A DNA stretch of 58,965 nt from a virus (lineage: Duplodnaviria > Caudoviricetes), in IMG/VR virus record IMGVR_UViG_3300012210_000001, positions 1-58,965 of that record. One strand, 5' to 3'. Positions 18,782-28,758 of the stretch are shown here, one piece after another. The translations under genes and the position numbers were made by a program. How positions within the stretch are numbered: position 1 is the first letter of the stretch; every line of letters begins with the position of its first letter. The notes under the pieces were generated by a model that was not told the origin of the DNA, did no database searches, and was given only the letters and a program-made list of their open reading frames with translations.

Positions 18782-19180
18782 TCATAAAGTCTCCATCCGA
18801 TCTGACAAATTCTTAATAAATTCTTGATGCGCATGTCCCGATTCATACAGCGATTGCCAATAAGCATGTTCTGCGAATTCGGTAAATATTTGATCAATGT
18901 CTTGACGTGCAGCATTTAGAATGATAGTATATATTTTGTCCACTACTTCCTGGGCATTGAGTTTATTGTTGTAATGGTCTTCTAAGACCGCAATCATATT
19001 GCGCGCTGGGTCCGGGTGATATTGCAATATTTCACAGCCGTCAAAATGACTGTGATCTTTGAGAACCGCTATCGCTATCTGTTGTTGGTCTTTAGTGGGT
19101 AAATCATCGAGTTTCTCAACTGAACCAATATAATAGTGTTGGGTTACTAAATGTACAAGTTCTGTGTGATCAATCCGCAT
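18782..19180 (-). CDS. Hypothetical protein, first gene of a leftward operon
   Basis: ORF track; AGGAG RBS. Confidence 0.65.
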   Translation of the reverse strand: MRIDHTELVHLVTQHYYIGSVEKLDDLPTKDQQQIAIAVLKDHSHFDGCEILQYHPDPARNMIAVLEDHYNNKLNAQEVVDKIYTIILNAARQDIDQIFTEFAEHAYWQSLYESGHAHQEFIKNLSDRMETL

Positions 19181-19189
19181 ACAATAGCT

Positions 19190-19925
19190 CCTTGTTAATG
19201 TAATAGAGGCCGCAGTATAAGCAGTCCAATGAAGGCTTACTAGTTACTTTGTCCTATTGTTTTGTAGGAAAAGCCGTATAATCCTAACCTTTTTTTCTCG
19301 GATAGATTAATCTGAATTATACATTTTATTTCTTGGAAAATACAGTGCTTATGACATGACTTGCCTATTTAATACGGTGGGAGGGTTGGCTGTTAAAAGA
19401 ACGTATCCCACCAAGAAAAGTGCTACAACCATACCTGTAGCAGTGAACACGTTCAGAAGGACGATCAATGAGCTACTCATCTTAAGAATTGTTTTGTAAA
19501 AACATCTCTTCAAATAGCTAACGCGGGGAGCGGAGCGAGCCGCATACCGAGGTACCCCGAGGAATAATGGTCTTAAGCCAACGGAAGGTTTAAAAGAAAA
19601 GAATAATATCTCTCAGTACCGATTGACTTACTTGATTACTTTCACTACAATTATTCAGTCAATTCGTAAGAATTGAGTGAATAATCCTGCTAGGAGCACA
19701 GAAAAATAGTTAAGATATCAGAGAAATGGGAAAAAGTCAAGTGTTTTCTGCAATTTCTCAATAAAACAACCAAATATCAACTTTTTCCTACAGACTACAA
19801 TCAAGTTTTTCCTACAAAATAGGGTCTAAATTCCATGAAAATATTTTTTTTTGCAAAAATCACCTCTTTTTTGCTATTAAATACTTGATTTATATTGCTA
19901 TTATTCTGAAAAAAATGTTATGATT
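19190..19925. promoter_or_regulatory. Large non-coding divergent control region (candidate origin and/or ncRNA)
   Basis: About 730 bp without an ORF of 60 aa or more. Contains multiple hairpins, a 17-mer direct repeat and A/T tracts. Confidence 0.5.
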
Positions 19926-19931
19926 TAGACC

Positions 19932-20339
19932 ATGAAAAGAAAGTGTCCTTTAGAAAATGCAGAAGCAAAAATGTTCAAAGATTGGGCTGATTATCATCCT
20001 ATTGTTAAGCTTTATTTAGCTCCAATACCCAATGGTGGGTCACGTAATAAACTGGAAGCACTGAATATGCGGCGGCGTGGTCAGACACGTGCGGGGGTAA
20101 GTGATTACTTTTTGGCCTATCCTGTCGATAAACAAAAATGGGATGATAAGCTGCATGGATTGTTCACTACCCATTGTAATGGCCTTTGGATTGAATTAAA
20201 GCGCCGTGATAAGACGATTAGTAAACCCACCCCTGAGCAGCGGGAATGGCTGGAACGCATGACAGACATCGGTTATGCGACCGTAGTGGCGTATGGGGCT
20301 GATGAGGCTATCAAGGCGGTGGAAGAATACTTGCGTTAA
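19932..20339 (+). CDS. VRR-NUC domain nuclease
   Basis: IPNGGSR..EA....G..AGVSD...LWIELK...PEQREWL...GYA.VV.YG. Confidence 0.9.
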   Translation: MKRKCPLENAEAKMFKDWADYHPIVKLYLAPIPNGGSRNKLEALNMRRRGQTRAGVSDYFLAYPVDKQKWDDKLHGLFTTHCNGLWIELKRRDKTISKPTPEQREWLERMTDIGYATVVAYGADEAIKAVEEYLR

Positions 20340-20629
20340 GAATGTCTGTCTTAGCGATAAAACGCTCAGGTACCACCTGGGTTAGTTAGGGTGGACATTA
20401 TTATTATGTAGGATTGTCTATTAATGGACAAATGCAGCAGTCCATTTCCGCCGGTAATCCATCCCAGATCAATAGACCGTCCCATTCATGACAGAAATGA
20501 AGCCCAGGGAGGATTACCAAGTCATCCTCGGTAATATAACCGCGCTGGTCAATCTCATTGAATAGCTTAGATTGCTCAGGAGTCATTTCTTGCATAAAAA
20601 TTCACGATCCTTCAATTCAATATTGCTCA

Positions 20630-21025
20630 TTATTCTTCTCCATCCAAATCCAATAGACGATTATACATATCATTATGAACTTTAATAGCTTCTTCTGTTG
20701 TTTTTGCTTCGGGAGAGAAAGCATTGCATGTTGTTTCATTTTTACATACTACTGAGATTATTTTTTCATTGTCACTTCTCCAGATACTATGCATTCCCGT
20801 TGGGCTTCCACACCATATACAGTTTTTAGGTCTAGTACCCACAATTATCCATATTGATTCAATATCAGTCCTTCCAAATTTATCCACTTCAAAATCAATT
20901 TCATCAAAGCTTTTTTCAACGGATATTTCAAATCGGTCGCCTTTCTTTCGATAGAACCATTTATTGAATAGACATTGAACTATTTTGCCTTCATCCATGG
21001 CTTTAACTGCTTCCAATAAATTCAT
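20630..21025 (-). CDS. Lar (restriction alleviation)-like Zn-finger protein
   Basis: CIWCG...VVCKNETTC...EEAIKVHN. Confidence 0.45.
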   Translation of the reverse strand: MNLLEAVKAMDEGKIVQCLFNKWFYRKKGDRFEISVEKSFDEIDFEVDKFGRTDIESIWIIVGTRPKNCIWCGSPTGMHSIWRSDNEKIISVVCKNETTCNAFSPEAKTTEEAIKVHNDMYNRLLDLDGEE

Positions 21026-22539
21026 TGCTTATCTCCTATAGTAGTCATTCGTTCACACGTATAATCTGCATATAACCCAGGCCATTGATACTTCTTTTGC
21101 CAAGCCTCTCCTACCTGCATACAGCGCGATTCTGAGGCATAGCTGCCAATAATGATTGTTTTATTGGGATGACCAAAGCCGCTGGCTAGGGTTAAGTAAG
21201 TGATAAAGCCGATACATGTCCAGATCATACTGCTTTCCTCTCATTATAAGCACGATGCAATAATTTTAAAATTCGCTTTAAATGATATTCACGCTCCTTC
21301 TCATCATAAAACATGCCATCTCCCCTCGTTTCGGCTTCATATATTTTAGAACCCCCCGCATCTCCTTCAGTAGCATAAAGATGTCCATGACGCAATCGAA
21401 TATAGCCAATCTCTTCATCTCCTTTATAAACCGCATATTGTTCAGGGCAAGCATGGCATGTTAGAACAGCTCTTAATCCATCATATTCAAAGTCATCGTT
21501 CATGATGTTCTCCCCTATAAGTCCATTTGATGAATACTATAATTATTTAGAAATTCTTCTTTTGTATATCTTTCTAAGGATGGATGCTTATTAATATTCT
21601 TTATTAATATTTCATTAATTTGTAGTTCGATTCTTTTATCTGGATTTGCAGTTAATAATATAAGTTGTATGGCTGGAACATATAAATTAACAGTTCTCAC
21701 TATTCCATAATCTTTGCATCCATCAATAAAATCAATAATTTCAAAGATATTCTTTCCATTCCATTCAATAGCATCTAACAATAGATCAGAATTCATTCGT
21801 ACTTTCATGTTATCCCCCAATATCGTTTCAAGATTTTGACGGCATCCGGCGTGCTATAGAGCGATAGTTTATAAGTAGTATCGCCCTTTTCTCTGGATTT
21901 AAAATATATGCCGATCTCATCAATATCCGGTCTTCGGCCAATAAAGTGAGTACGCTTTGCTCCTAAGTGGCGCAATAAAGCAAACTCACCTTTTGTAATG
22001 GGGCGATAAATCCCCATGGGTGGTTTACCCCTCATGCCTCGTCCTGTGCCTATTTTTTTCATGATAGCCTCCTTATTAAGCGTTCGCATATATTAAGTTT
22101 GCCTAATACAATTGCCATTTGCTTGTCTTTTGGCATTTCTCCAAAACCAACAGCAAGACGGCTATAGGCTATATCATTAGTAAGTCCTGCTAATTCTTGC
22201 TCTAGCTTTTGTATTTCTTCTTTTATTACATCCACCGCATTATCATTCATTTCAATAACTCCTCAAATTCTTTGATTAAACATTCAATAGACTCTATATG
22301 CCCAATTTCTCGGCTCATCATAACCCGATACTCGGCCCCTTCTTTAAACTTGTCGCACGTCCTATATTTGGCCGCTATGGCAAGTTTTGATTCCTGATAA
22401 GCTTTCAATAAGCTTTTAGCCATTTGTAAGCCAGTCTCTAATAATGATTTATTAGCAGATGGTTTTATTGTGACCATAGGCACGTGACTGTCCGCCGCTC
22501 TCATAGCAATCATGGCTTTGGATGGTCTTCCTAACTTCT

Positions 22540-22863
22540 TCATGTGTTATTCTCCTGACGTAGTAAGTCTCTCTCAATCAGTTCACAGCGTAAAATATGA
22601 ATATCACGCGGTGCGCTAATGCCAATGTTGGCAAAATTAGTCATTTTATGGTTTTTAAACCGCCACCCCAGAAAATTAAGCGATATATCCGGCATAATTG
22701 AATAGGGTTCTCTTAGATTTAAGTAAAAATCTCGACAAGGGATATCGGAATCTTTAATATATAACTTTGCCGATATCCCATGACCTGATTCACCCGTCAT
22801 AATAATGAGAATTCGCGAATCAATGACGAATCCTTCGCCCACTTGTCTCCCTAAGCACAGCAT
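22540..22863 (-). CDS. Divergent, apparently internally duplicated CsrA-like protein
   Basis: N-terminus MLCLGRQVGEGFVI and C-terminus ANIGISAPRDIHILRCEL are CsrA hallmarks, at about twice the usual spacing. Confidence 0.7.
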   Translation of the reverse strand: MLCLGRQVGEGFVIDSRILIIMTGESGHGISAKLYIKDSDIPCRDFYLNLREPYSIMPDISLNFLGWRFKNHKMTNFANIGISAPRDIHILRCELIERDLLRQENNT

Positions 22864-23390
22864 TAATTATTCTCCAGATAATGCTGATATTTCTTAAGCA
22901 TATTCACGATCTTAATAATATCATTGGTTTCAAAGTTATTAGCCCAATTCACCGGAATTTGTGATAAAATTCCATGTAAAACGTGGGGTTCTTCTTTAAA
23001 GCCGCATTTATCCCGGATCATTAAATATTGTTTTTGACCCGCATCTATCGTCATTTTCTTCATAATTTATCTCCTTTTATTCAAATAACCTTAATTCTTC
23101 TTCTGGTTAGCGTAGTCCCATCCGTTTAACCATGCCCTTAAAACAGCCTCCGTTTGATTCAGATCAACATAATCCAATAAAACCAGTAACAGATGATCTT
23201 GAGCGGGCTTACGGTCTGCATTCGCAATCCGTGCCGCTGCTCCAAATATCTTTGCTTCTTGCAATACCTCGGTTTTAACTAAATGCTCCATGTGCTTCTC
23301 CTTATGTTTACACCAACACCGTGTCAGTGATAATCTAATTTTAGTAGTCAATCCGGCAGAAATCAAGACGTACCGTACGTTTAATGGAAA

Positions 23391-23579
23391 TTATTTATTC
23401 ATTTCCTCTGGATTTAATACATCTTCTTCCGATATAAAGGTTAATTTCGCAACCGCTTGACCACGGCGCATTATAATTGTCTCCTCATGACCAAACGCTG
23501 CTTTATTAATATAGCGTGAAAAATTTTCACGCATTTGAACTGACGTAGCGATTGCTTTCTTTTTCATAAAATTACTCAC
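23391..23579 (-). CDS. Phd/YefM-family antitoxin-like DNA-binding protein (orphan)
   Basis: TSVQMRENFSRYINKA..GHEETIIMRRGQAVAKL matches the Phd/YefM consensus. Confidence 0.8.
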   Translation of the reverse strand: MSNFMKKKAIATSVQMRENFSRYINKAAFGHEETIIMRRGQAVAKLTFISEEDVLNPEEMNK

Positions 23580-24141
23580 TTTTTTGTTGTTTTAACCACC
23601 AATACAAACGCATCATGGCGCGGCAATCAGCCATCGCATTATGTGCATTCTCAAACTTTTCTTTAAATGCAAATTCATACGCTTCACTCAATTTTGGGTT
23701 TTTCTTTTTACCCGCATGATTCAGCGGCATTCCGCCTATCTTACTGGCCTCTTGCATTGTGCAGTAAGGCACACATCCAATTGCGCCCCTCGCCCCCGCT
23801 TTGGATAAAGCAATGTCCGTCATGAATAAATCAAATCGGATATTGTGCGCGATAATGGTATGCGCCATCTTAGAAAATTCTACTAAAGCATTCAAAGCAT
23901 AACGCGGGATAACACCACACTTTTGAGCCATCTCAGTTGTAATGCCGTGGATAGCCACCATTTCAGGCGATATCATGCATCCCGGATTATTCAGAATAAC
24001 ATTTAAATTGCCCACCTCTTGCTGATTATCCGTCATTAGAATAGCTGCTAGCTGGACAATATAGGGTTGCTCAGGATGAATAGGGGATTCGCTGAATTTG
24101 GGAATTCCGGTGGTTTCGGTATCAATAAATAAATTAAGCAT
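23572..24141 (-). CDS. DEDDh 3'-5' exonuclease (DnaQ-like)
   Basis: FIDTETTG, IHGIT, AHNIRFD, CTM, AHNAMAD. Confidence 0.92.
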   Translation of the reverse strand: MLNLFIDTETTGIPKFSESPIHPEQPYIVQLAAILMTDNQQEVGNLNVILNNPGCMISPEMVAIHGITTEMAQKCGVIPRYALNALVEFSKMAHTIIAHNIRFDLFMTDIALSKAGARGAIGCVPYCTMQEASKIGGMPLNHAGKKKNPKLSEAYEFAFKEKFENAHNAMADCRAMMRLYWWLKQQKSE

Positions 24142-24164
24142 TATTCTTCCTCTCTAAAAGAATA

Positions 24165-24184
24165 GAAACGGCCCTTACGGGCCG
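24165..24184 (-). terminator. Hairpin / intrinsic terminator
   Basis: On the minus strand, cggccc-gtaa-gggccg followed by tttct. Confidence 0.6.
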
Positions 24185-24201
24185 CCACTATCTAACTCAT
24201 A

Positions 24202-24501
24202 TTAAGCATTATCACAAATAGGATTTTCCGTTTCCGATTGTGTCTTTAAATACACTTTATCATTACAGACAAAGCCCGTCACAATATGATGATCAGCAGA
24301 AATGGCTCTAAATCCCGTTCTATTTTGATCAAATACGCCTTCACATCGTAATCCTTGGGTGTAAAGTATCTGTACATCATGATACTTCTGATCAGTCAGA
24401 ACTTTAACGGCATGTTTGCCTTGTGCGCTATAAATACCATTTGCGCCAAATGCTGTCAATGCACATCCCACTAATCCAATTGCTAACATTGTCTTTTTCA
24501 T
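24202..24501 (-). CDS. Exported small protein
   Basis: Signal peptide MKKTMLAIGLVGCALTAFGA; C...TGF.A...VTG.VC motif. Confidence 0.65.
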   Translation of the reverse strand: MKKTMLAIGLVGCALTAFGANGIYSAQGKHAVKVLTDQKYHDVQILYTQGLRCEGVFDQNRTGFRAISADHHIVTGFVCNDKVYLKTQSETENPICDNA

Positions 24502-25855
24502 TGTCTTTCTCCTTGTTGTTTGGCGATTATCGCCGGGTTTTGTCTCATAATGAGACGTTATTATCCGTTATTTCTTTTTCCAATTCCATTTGCATTCTAT
24601 TCTCCTTTATTCTGTTCTATAAATTCCGCAATCTTTTTCTTAACAGCCGCATTGTCGGCATTTGCTTTAATATATCTATCTAGATTTGCTTCGGAAATAA
24701 GCCTATTTACATAAGCTATCACACAGTCACATCCACTATCATAATGCAATTTCCCCGGGATATTTGCAAACCATCCGCAGGGATATTTGCAAAATGTGCA
24801 CTTATGAGATATAAATCTAAGTCCTGGTCTATCTTTTAAGATAGTCAAAATTTCTTGAGTCAATTGTTCCATTTCAAAACTCCTTTCTATATGATTAATC
24901 ATGAAATATTTTACATGCCGCAATTATTTTTTCACGCATCTCATTATCTTCTGTCCAATTATTTCCCGGAATAACTTCTATTCTTTTTCCATGCATCATC
25001 GGATCTTGTATCCTTACAATATCTTTCTCAACAAAATCTAAGAGATTGCCCGCGCTTTCGGGAGTGTCAGAAATTTCTTTGGTTGGATAAACCTGCTTTA
25101 TAAATTCTAAAGCTCTTTTTCTGTCGCATGTAGCAAAATATATACTCATAATTTTCTCCTTTAATTATTGAAGTCCGCCATCAATCAGTTTAAGCGGCTT
25201 TGCAATCTTTAATCCTCGATGAGAGGCACCCATAAAATCTAGCCAACTATTCGCATCAATAGTCTTGTTAGTGCGAAAAAGATATTGGGCATAGGCTTCT
25301 GTGCGCTCGGCATCAGGGATTTGTTCGCGTATTTTTTGTAGGGATTTCATTTAACTGCTCCCATTTTTCTCAATTCTTCTTGTTTCTTTAAGCTATTCAT
25401 TACTTGTTGTAATGCCCAATCAAGCTTAATGTCTGGCATACTATTTACTATCTCCACAATTGGTTTATCTAAGTCGTCAGGCGAATACATGCGTGCAAAC
25501 ATGATTTGCCAATTTTTGGGTAATTGAGCAAGCCCATTCTTTAATTCTTGTCGAGCAAATTCGCTTAGTTTATTGTTCATTTCAAATCTCCTGTATCCAT
25601 TTTTTATTTATTTTAACATTCATGTCCATGTCTTCCGCATGATTAATCGCTTCCTGTTTGCTATTGAAAAACAATTTATGACTAATTTGAACCGGCAGCC
25701 CATTGCTTGCAGCCCAAATATAAGATTTATGACCTTCCATATTAGATACTAAATATAAATTTACTATATAACCTCTAAATTCAGATTTTGCATATACCTT
25801 TCTATTCATTCCAAATCTCCTTATTGTTAAACAGCGTCATTGCTGTATGTTTGTA

Positions 25856-25909
25856 AGTTTAGTACTTAATGTACTTTTAGTCAAGCAGGTTAGAGAAATT
25901 ATTTATGCA
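25856..25909 (-). promoter_or_regulatory. Leftward promoter A with tandem GTAC operator and upstream 15-mer
   Basis: TTGACT - 17 nt - TAAACT; GTAC at 25862 and 25871; motif at 25895-25909. Confidence 0.75.
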
Positions 25910-26067
25910 TTAAGCAGCTTGACCGTCCGTTAAATATGCTATCACTTGATCAAAGGAACATCCGGCATAATCTTGCATAAACTGAATCATATATTCAGTG
26001 GAACGGTCTTCCTCATCGCATATCTCCTGAGCTTCTCTTAATAAAGCTAATTTTGCTTTGCTAATTT

Positions 26068-26436
26068 TCATAAATCCCATGATTTTGCAAAAATCTTAAA
26101 TTCTTCAAGCAATCCCTCAAAGATCATTTTATTTTCATCTTCATCGAATGCTTTAATATGAAGAGTCTTTTCGTCATGGCTTAATCTTATCTCATAACGA
26201 TATGAAAGATCGCCATGCTGACCATTGCTTATATATACACCCCCTGCTCCCTGTTTATTTGCAGCAACAAAAGCTGCCGCAAAGTCATCTATTTCAAATC
26301 GGGGTAGCTCCCAGGCGAATCGAAGAGATTTTTCAATAAATATGGCGGCTCCTGACGGATATCCATCATGATGCTTATATATATGATTTGATCGCTCGCC
26401 GATTTCAATAAAAGTATATAATGCGCGTGTACTCAT
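26068..26436 (-). CDS. Conserved phage protein (MSTRA...YxHxDGYP family)
   Basis: MSTRALY...IYKHHDGYPSG. Confidence 0.75.
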   Translation of the reverse strand: MSTRALYTFIEIGERSNHIYKHHDGYPSGAAIFIEKSLRFAWELPRFEIDDFAAAFVAANKQGAGGVYISNGQHGDLSYRYEIRLSHDEKTLHIKAFDEDENKMIFEGLLEEFKIFAKSWDL

Positions 26437-26490
26437 TGCTTATTTCTCCCTATCTTTGAGATCAACACCATGTCAATCTCTATATTTATA

Positions 26491-26554
26491 ATTGTAGTAC
26501 GTATTGTACGTTATAGCAAGTGAAATAATGATAATAATAGAAATTATTTATGCA
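26491..26554 (-). promoter_or_regulatory. Leftward promoter B with tandem GTAC operator and upstream 15-mer
   Basis: TTGCTA - 17 nt - TACAAT; GTAC at 26497 and 26506; motif at 26540-26554. Confidence 0.75.
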
Positions 26555-27053
26555 TTAATTCCTAGATTTTTATTTATTTCCTCCGAAACAGGGAATAAAC
26601 TTAAAAAATTATCAAATTCAGCCGTTGGTTCGCCGTATGCAAGCTTTCTATCGTTCTGTTTTTCAAATGCATTCATAGCGCATCTTATCCATGTCATATA
26701 TTCAACATTAGTAATTCTTGAAACTTGGGTTTCAGATAAGCCCGTTTTGTCAAGAAACATTTTATAGCGTGGGTTCATTCAAATCTCCTTAATCCAGCTA
26801 ATTGCGGAATGTCCAGCTAATTTTATGGCACATGCTATATACTCGTCAGATTCCGCCTCAGCATGATTTGCAGGATTATGACAATCATAAACATTAATCT
26901 CTTGAGCTGTATAGTAATCTATATGCTTCGCAAAAAATTCTTCGACTTTTTCTTTTGTTGCAAAGGTTATTTGACCGTGTTTTGTAAATGTTGCAATATA
27001 CATCTTAAATCTCCTTATTTTGCTTTGACTCAATGTCATCGCTTATGTTTATA

Positions 27054-27117
27054 ACTATAGTACGTTATGTACGTTAATGCAAGCAATAATTCTAGATTAG
27101 GAGAAATTATTTATGCA
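27054..27117 (-). promoter_or_regulatory. Leftward promoter C with tandem GTAC operator and upstream 15-mer
   Basis: TTGCAT - 17 nt - TATAGT; GTAC at 27060 and 27069; motif at 27103-27117. Confidence 0.75.
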
Positions 27118-27127
27118 AATAAAATGC

Positions 27128-27156
27128 TTGACAAAGAGTATAATATGCTTTATAGT
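27128..27156 (+). promoter_or_regulatory. Near-consensus sigma70 promoter, divergent from promoter C
   Basis: TTGACA - 17 nt - TATAGT. Confidence 0.7.
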
Positions 27157-27237
27157 GATCTTGACTGCGAAATCTCAACAACTATTAATAATATTTAACA
27201 ATAGAGATCGGCAGTCAAATGTTAGTGCGATAATTAT

Positions 27238-27822
27238 ATGTCAAAAAATCATGGTCGGCCAACTGATTGTAATACAGAATCAATTCAGAAAATTGCGCAA
27301 GATATCAGAAATGGTCTTCCGCGTGAGTCTGCCGCACGCATCAATGGCATTTCAAAAAAGACTTTTTACAATTGGATTGATAAAGGTCGCTTAGATATTG
27401 AACCATATGTACGATTTTTATACGCAATTGAAGTTGCCGAGCATGAACTTGAGCAAGAATTAGTCACTGCATGGATTTCTTGCTCTACAGACAAAGTATA
27501 TATATTAGATGGTAAAGAAGTCGTTAGAAAAGGCGATTGGAAAGCAGCAGAAACATTTCTCAAGAGACGTAAGCCCAAAGATTATTCTGAGCAAACTTTT
27601 ATTAATCTAAAATTAGAGAATGAAGCATACCTTTCCGAACTGGAAAAATTAGCAAAATTATCAGAAGAAATTATCGTGCAGATGTCGGCTGGCAAAGTGA
27701 GCGCGGAAGTGGCTGCTACTGTTTTGAAAGCGCTGGAAGAGCGTAGGCATGTCATCCAGACAGTTGATCAAGCGGAAGATATAGAAGAAATTCAGAACAA
27801 ACTAAAGGGTTTAGGGCATTGA
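27238..27822 (+). CDS. Putative terminase small subunit (HTH)
   Basis: GRPT, HTH AARINGISKKTFYNW, and a DWKAA.TFLKRR.P.DY motif of the kind seen in TerS-like proteins. Confidence 0.65.
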   Translation: MSKNHGRPTDCNTESIQKIAQDIRNGLPRESAARINGISKKTFYNWIDKGRLDIEPYVRFLYAIEVAEHELEQELVTAWISCSTDKVYILDGKEVVRKGDWKAAETFLKRRKPKDYSEQTFINLKLENEAYLSELEKLAKLSEEIIVQMSAGKVSAEVAATVLKALEERRHVIQTVDQAEDIEEIQNKLKGLGH

Positions 27823-27853
27823 AAAATCTTATTGAATAGTATATAATATTTAT

Positions 27854-28171
27854 ATGTCATCACTTCATAAAAATTTATTCTCTGTTCGCAATCAATTGTT
27901 ACAGCATAAGCGTGACAAGAAAAAACATCCCAAGATTACTGCATTACAATATCTATCGACTGACTGGGCTGAACCATTTGCCCAGTGGCTATTTCGTAAT
28001 CAATCGTCAGTAAGTAATGAGAGTGCAATGCAATATATGTCGGCATTCAAAAGTGGTGATTTACGTGTTCTACCGCTTGTAGATGCGGATGATAGCGAAG
28101 GTCATATGCAAAAAGTTGCAGAGCAATTAGAAATAGCTGATAAGTTACGGCTTAAGAAGATAGGGGTTTAA
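27854..28171 (+). CDS. Hypothetical protein
   Basis: ORF track; TATAAT lies just upstream of the ATG. Confidence 0.55.
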   Translation: MSSLHKNLFSVRNQLLQHKRDKKKHPKITALQYLSTDWAEPFAQWLFRNQSSVSNESAMQYMSAFKSGDLRVLPLVDADDSEGHMQKVAEQLEIADKLRLKKIGV

Positions 28172-28175
28172 GCTG

Positions 28176-28604
28176 TCAAGTAATGCTTTTATCTTTCTTT
28201 AGTTGATAGCGATATTGTAAATATTTTAGACAACACTGTCTGCATCTATATTGCGCATAGCCAAAGCGATCCGTTGCCCCCGTTTTGTATACATCTTCAG
28301 TATATCCATGCTTTTTGCAGTTAGAATGAGGATGAAGACTTTCTTTAAATTCTTTGCGGCGCGCCTCTCTTCTCTGTTTTATAACGGTTTTCTGATATAG
28401 AATGGCCTTCCTGGATATTTCTTCTTTATTGTCACTATAATATTTATTATTATAATTTTTATAACATGCTTTACATCTATACCATTTATATTGTATTTTA
28501 ATGACATCTTCAGTGTATCCATGCACTCTGCATTTTGAAGAGGATACTTTATTATTGACATTATTCATACTATATAATATAGCACAATAAGTTATATATG
28601 ACAA
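28176..28604 (-). CDS. Protein with duplicated CxxH...CxxC Zn-binding module
   Basis: CRVHGYTEDV..YRCKAC and CKKHGYTEDV..YRCRQC. Confidence 0.65.
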   Translation of the reverse strand: MSYITYCAILYSMNNVNNKVSSSKCRVHGYTEDVIKIQYKWYRCKACYKNYNNKYYSDNKEEISRKAILYQKTVIKQRREARRKEFKESLHPHSNCKKHGYTEDVYKTGATDRFGYAQYRCRQCCLKYLQYRYQLKKDKSIT

Positions 28605-28639
28605 TAACTGCTATATACATAATAAAGTTAAAATAACTC

Positions 28640-28758
28640 TTGGCCAAATGCCCGATCAGTGATATAATTAAAGAGAGTATAGACTGATTTAGGCAGGAAT
28701 GCTCTCCCTACTTCACGTTTCTTCCCTCAAGATGCGGAAACACCTGGAGGGAAATTTT
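28640..28758 (+). ncRNA. Candidate stand-alone small RNA with promoter and terminator
   Basis: TTGGCC - 17 nt - TATAAT, then stems gagagtat/atgctctc and ttccctc/gagggaa followed by atttt. No + strand ORF. Confidence 0.45.

Noticed and set aside
19356-19498. Short ORF of about 46 codons in the control region
   Set aside because: No RBS and no recognisable motif; it overlaps predicted RNA hairpins.
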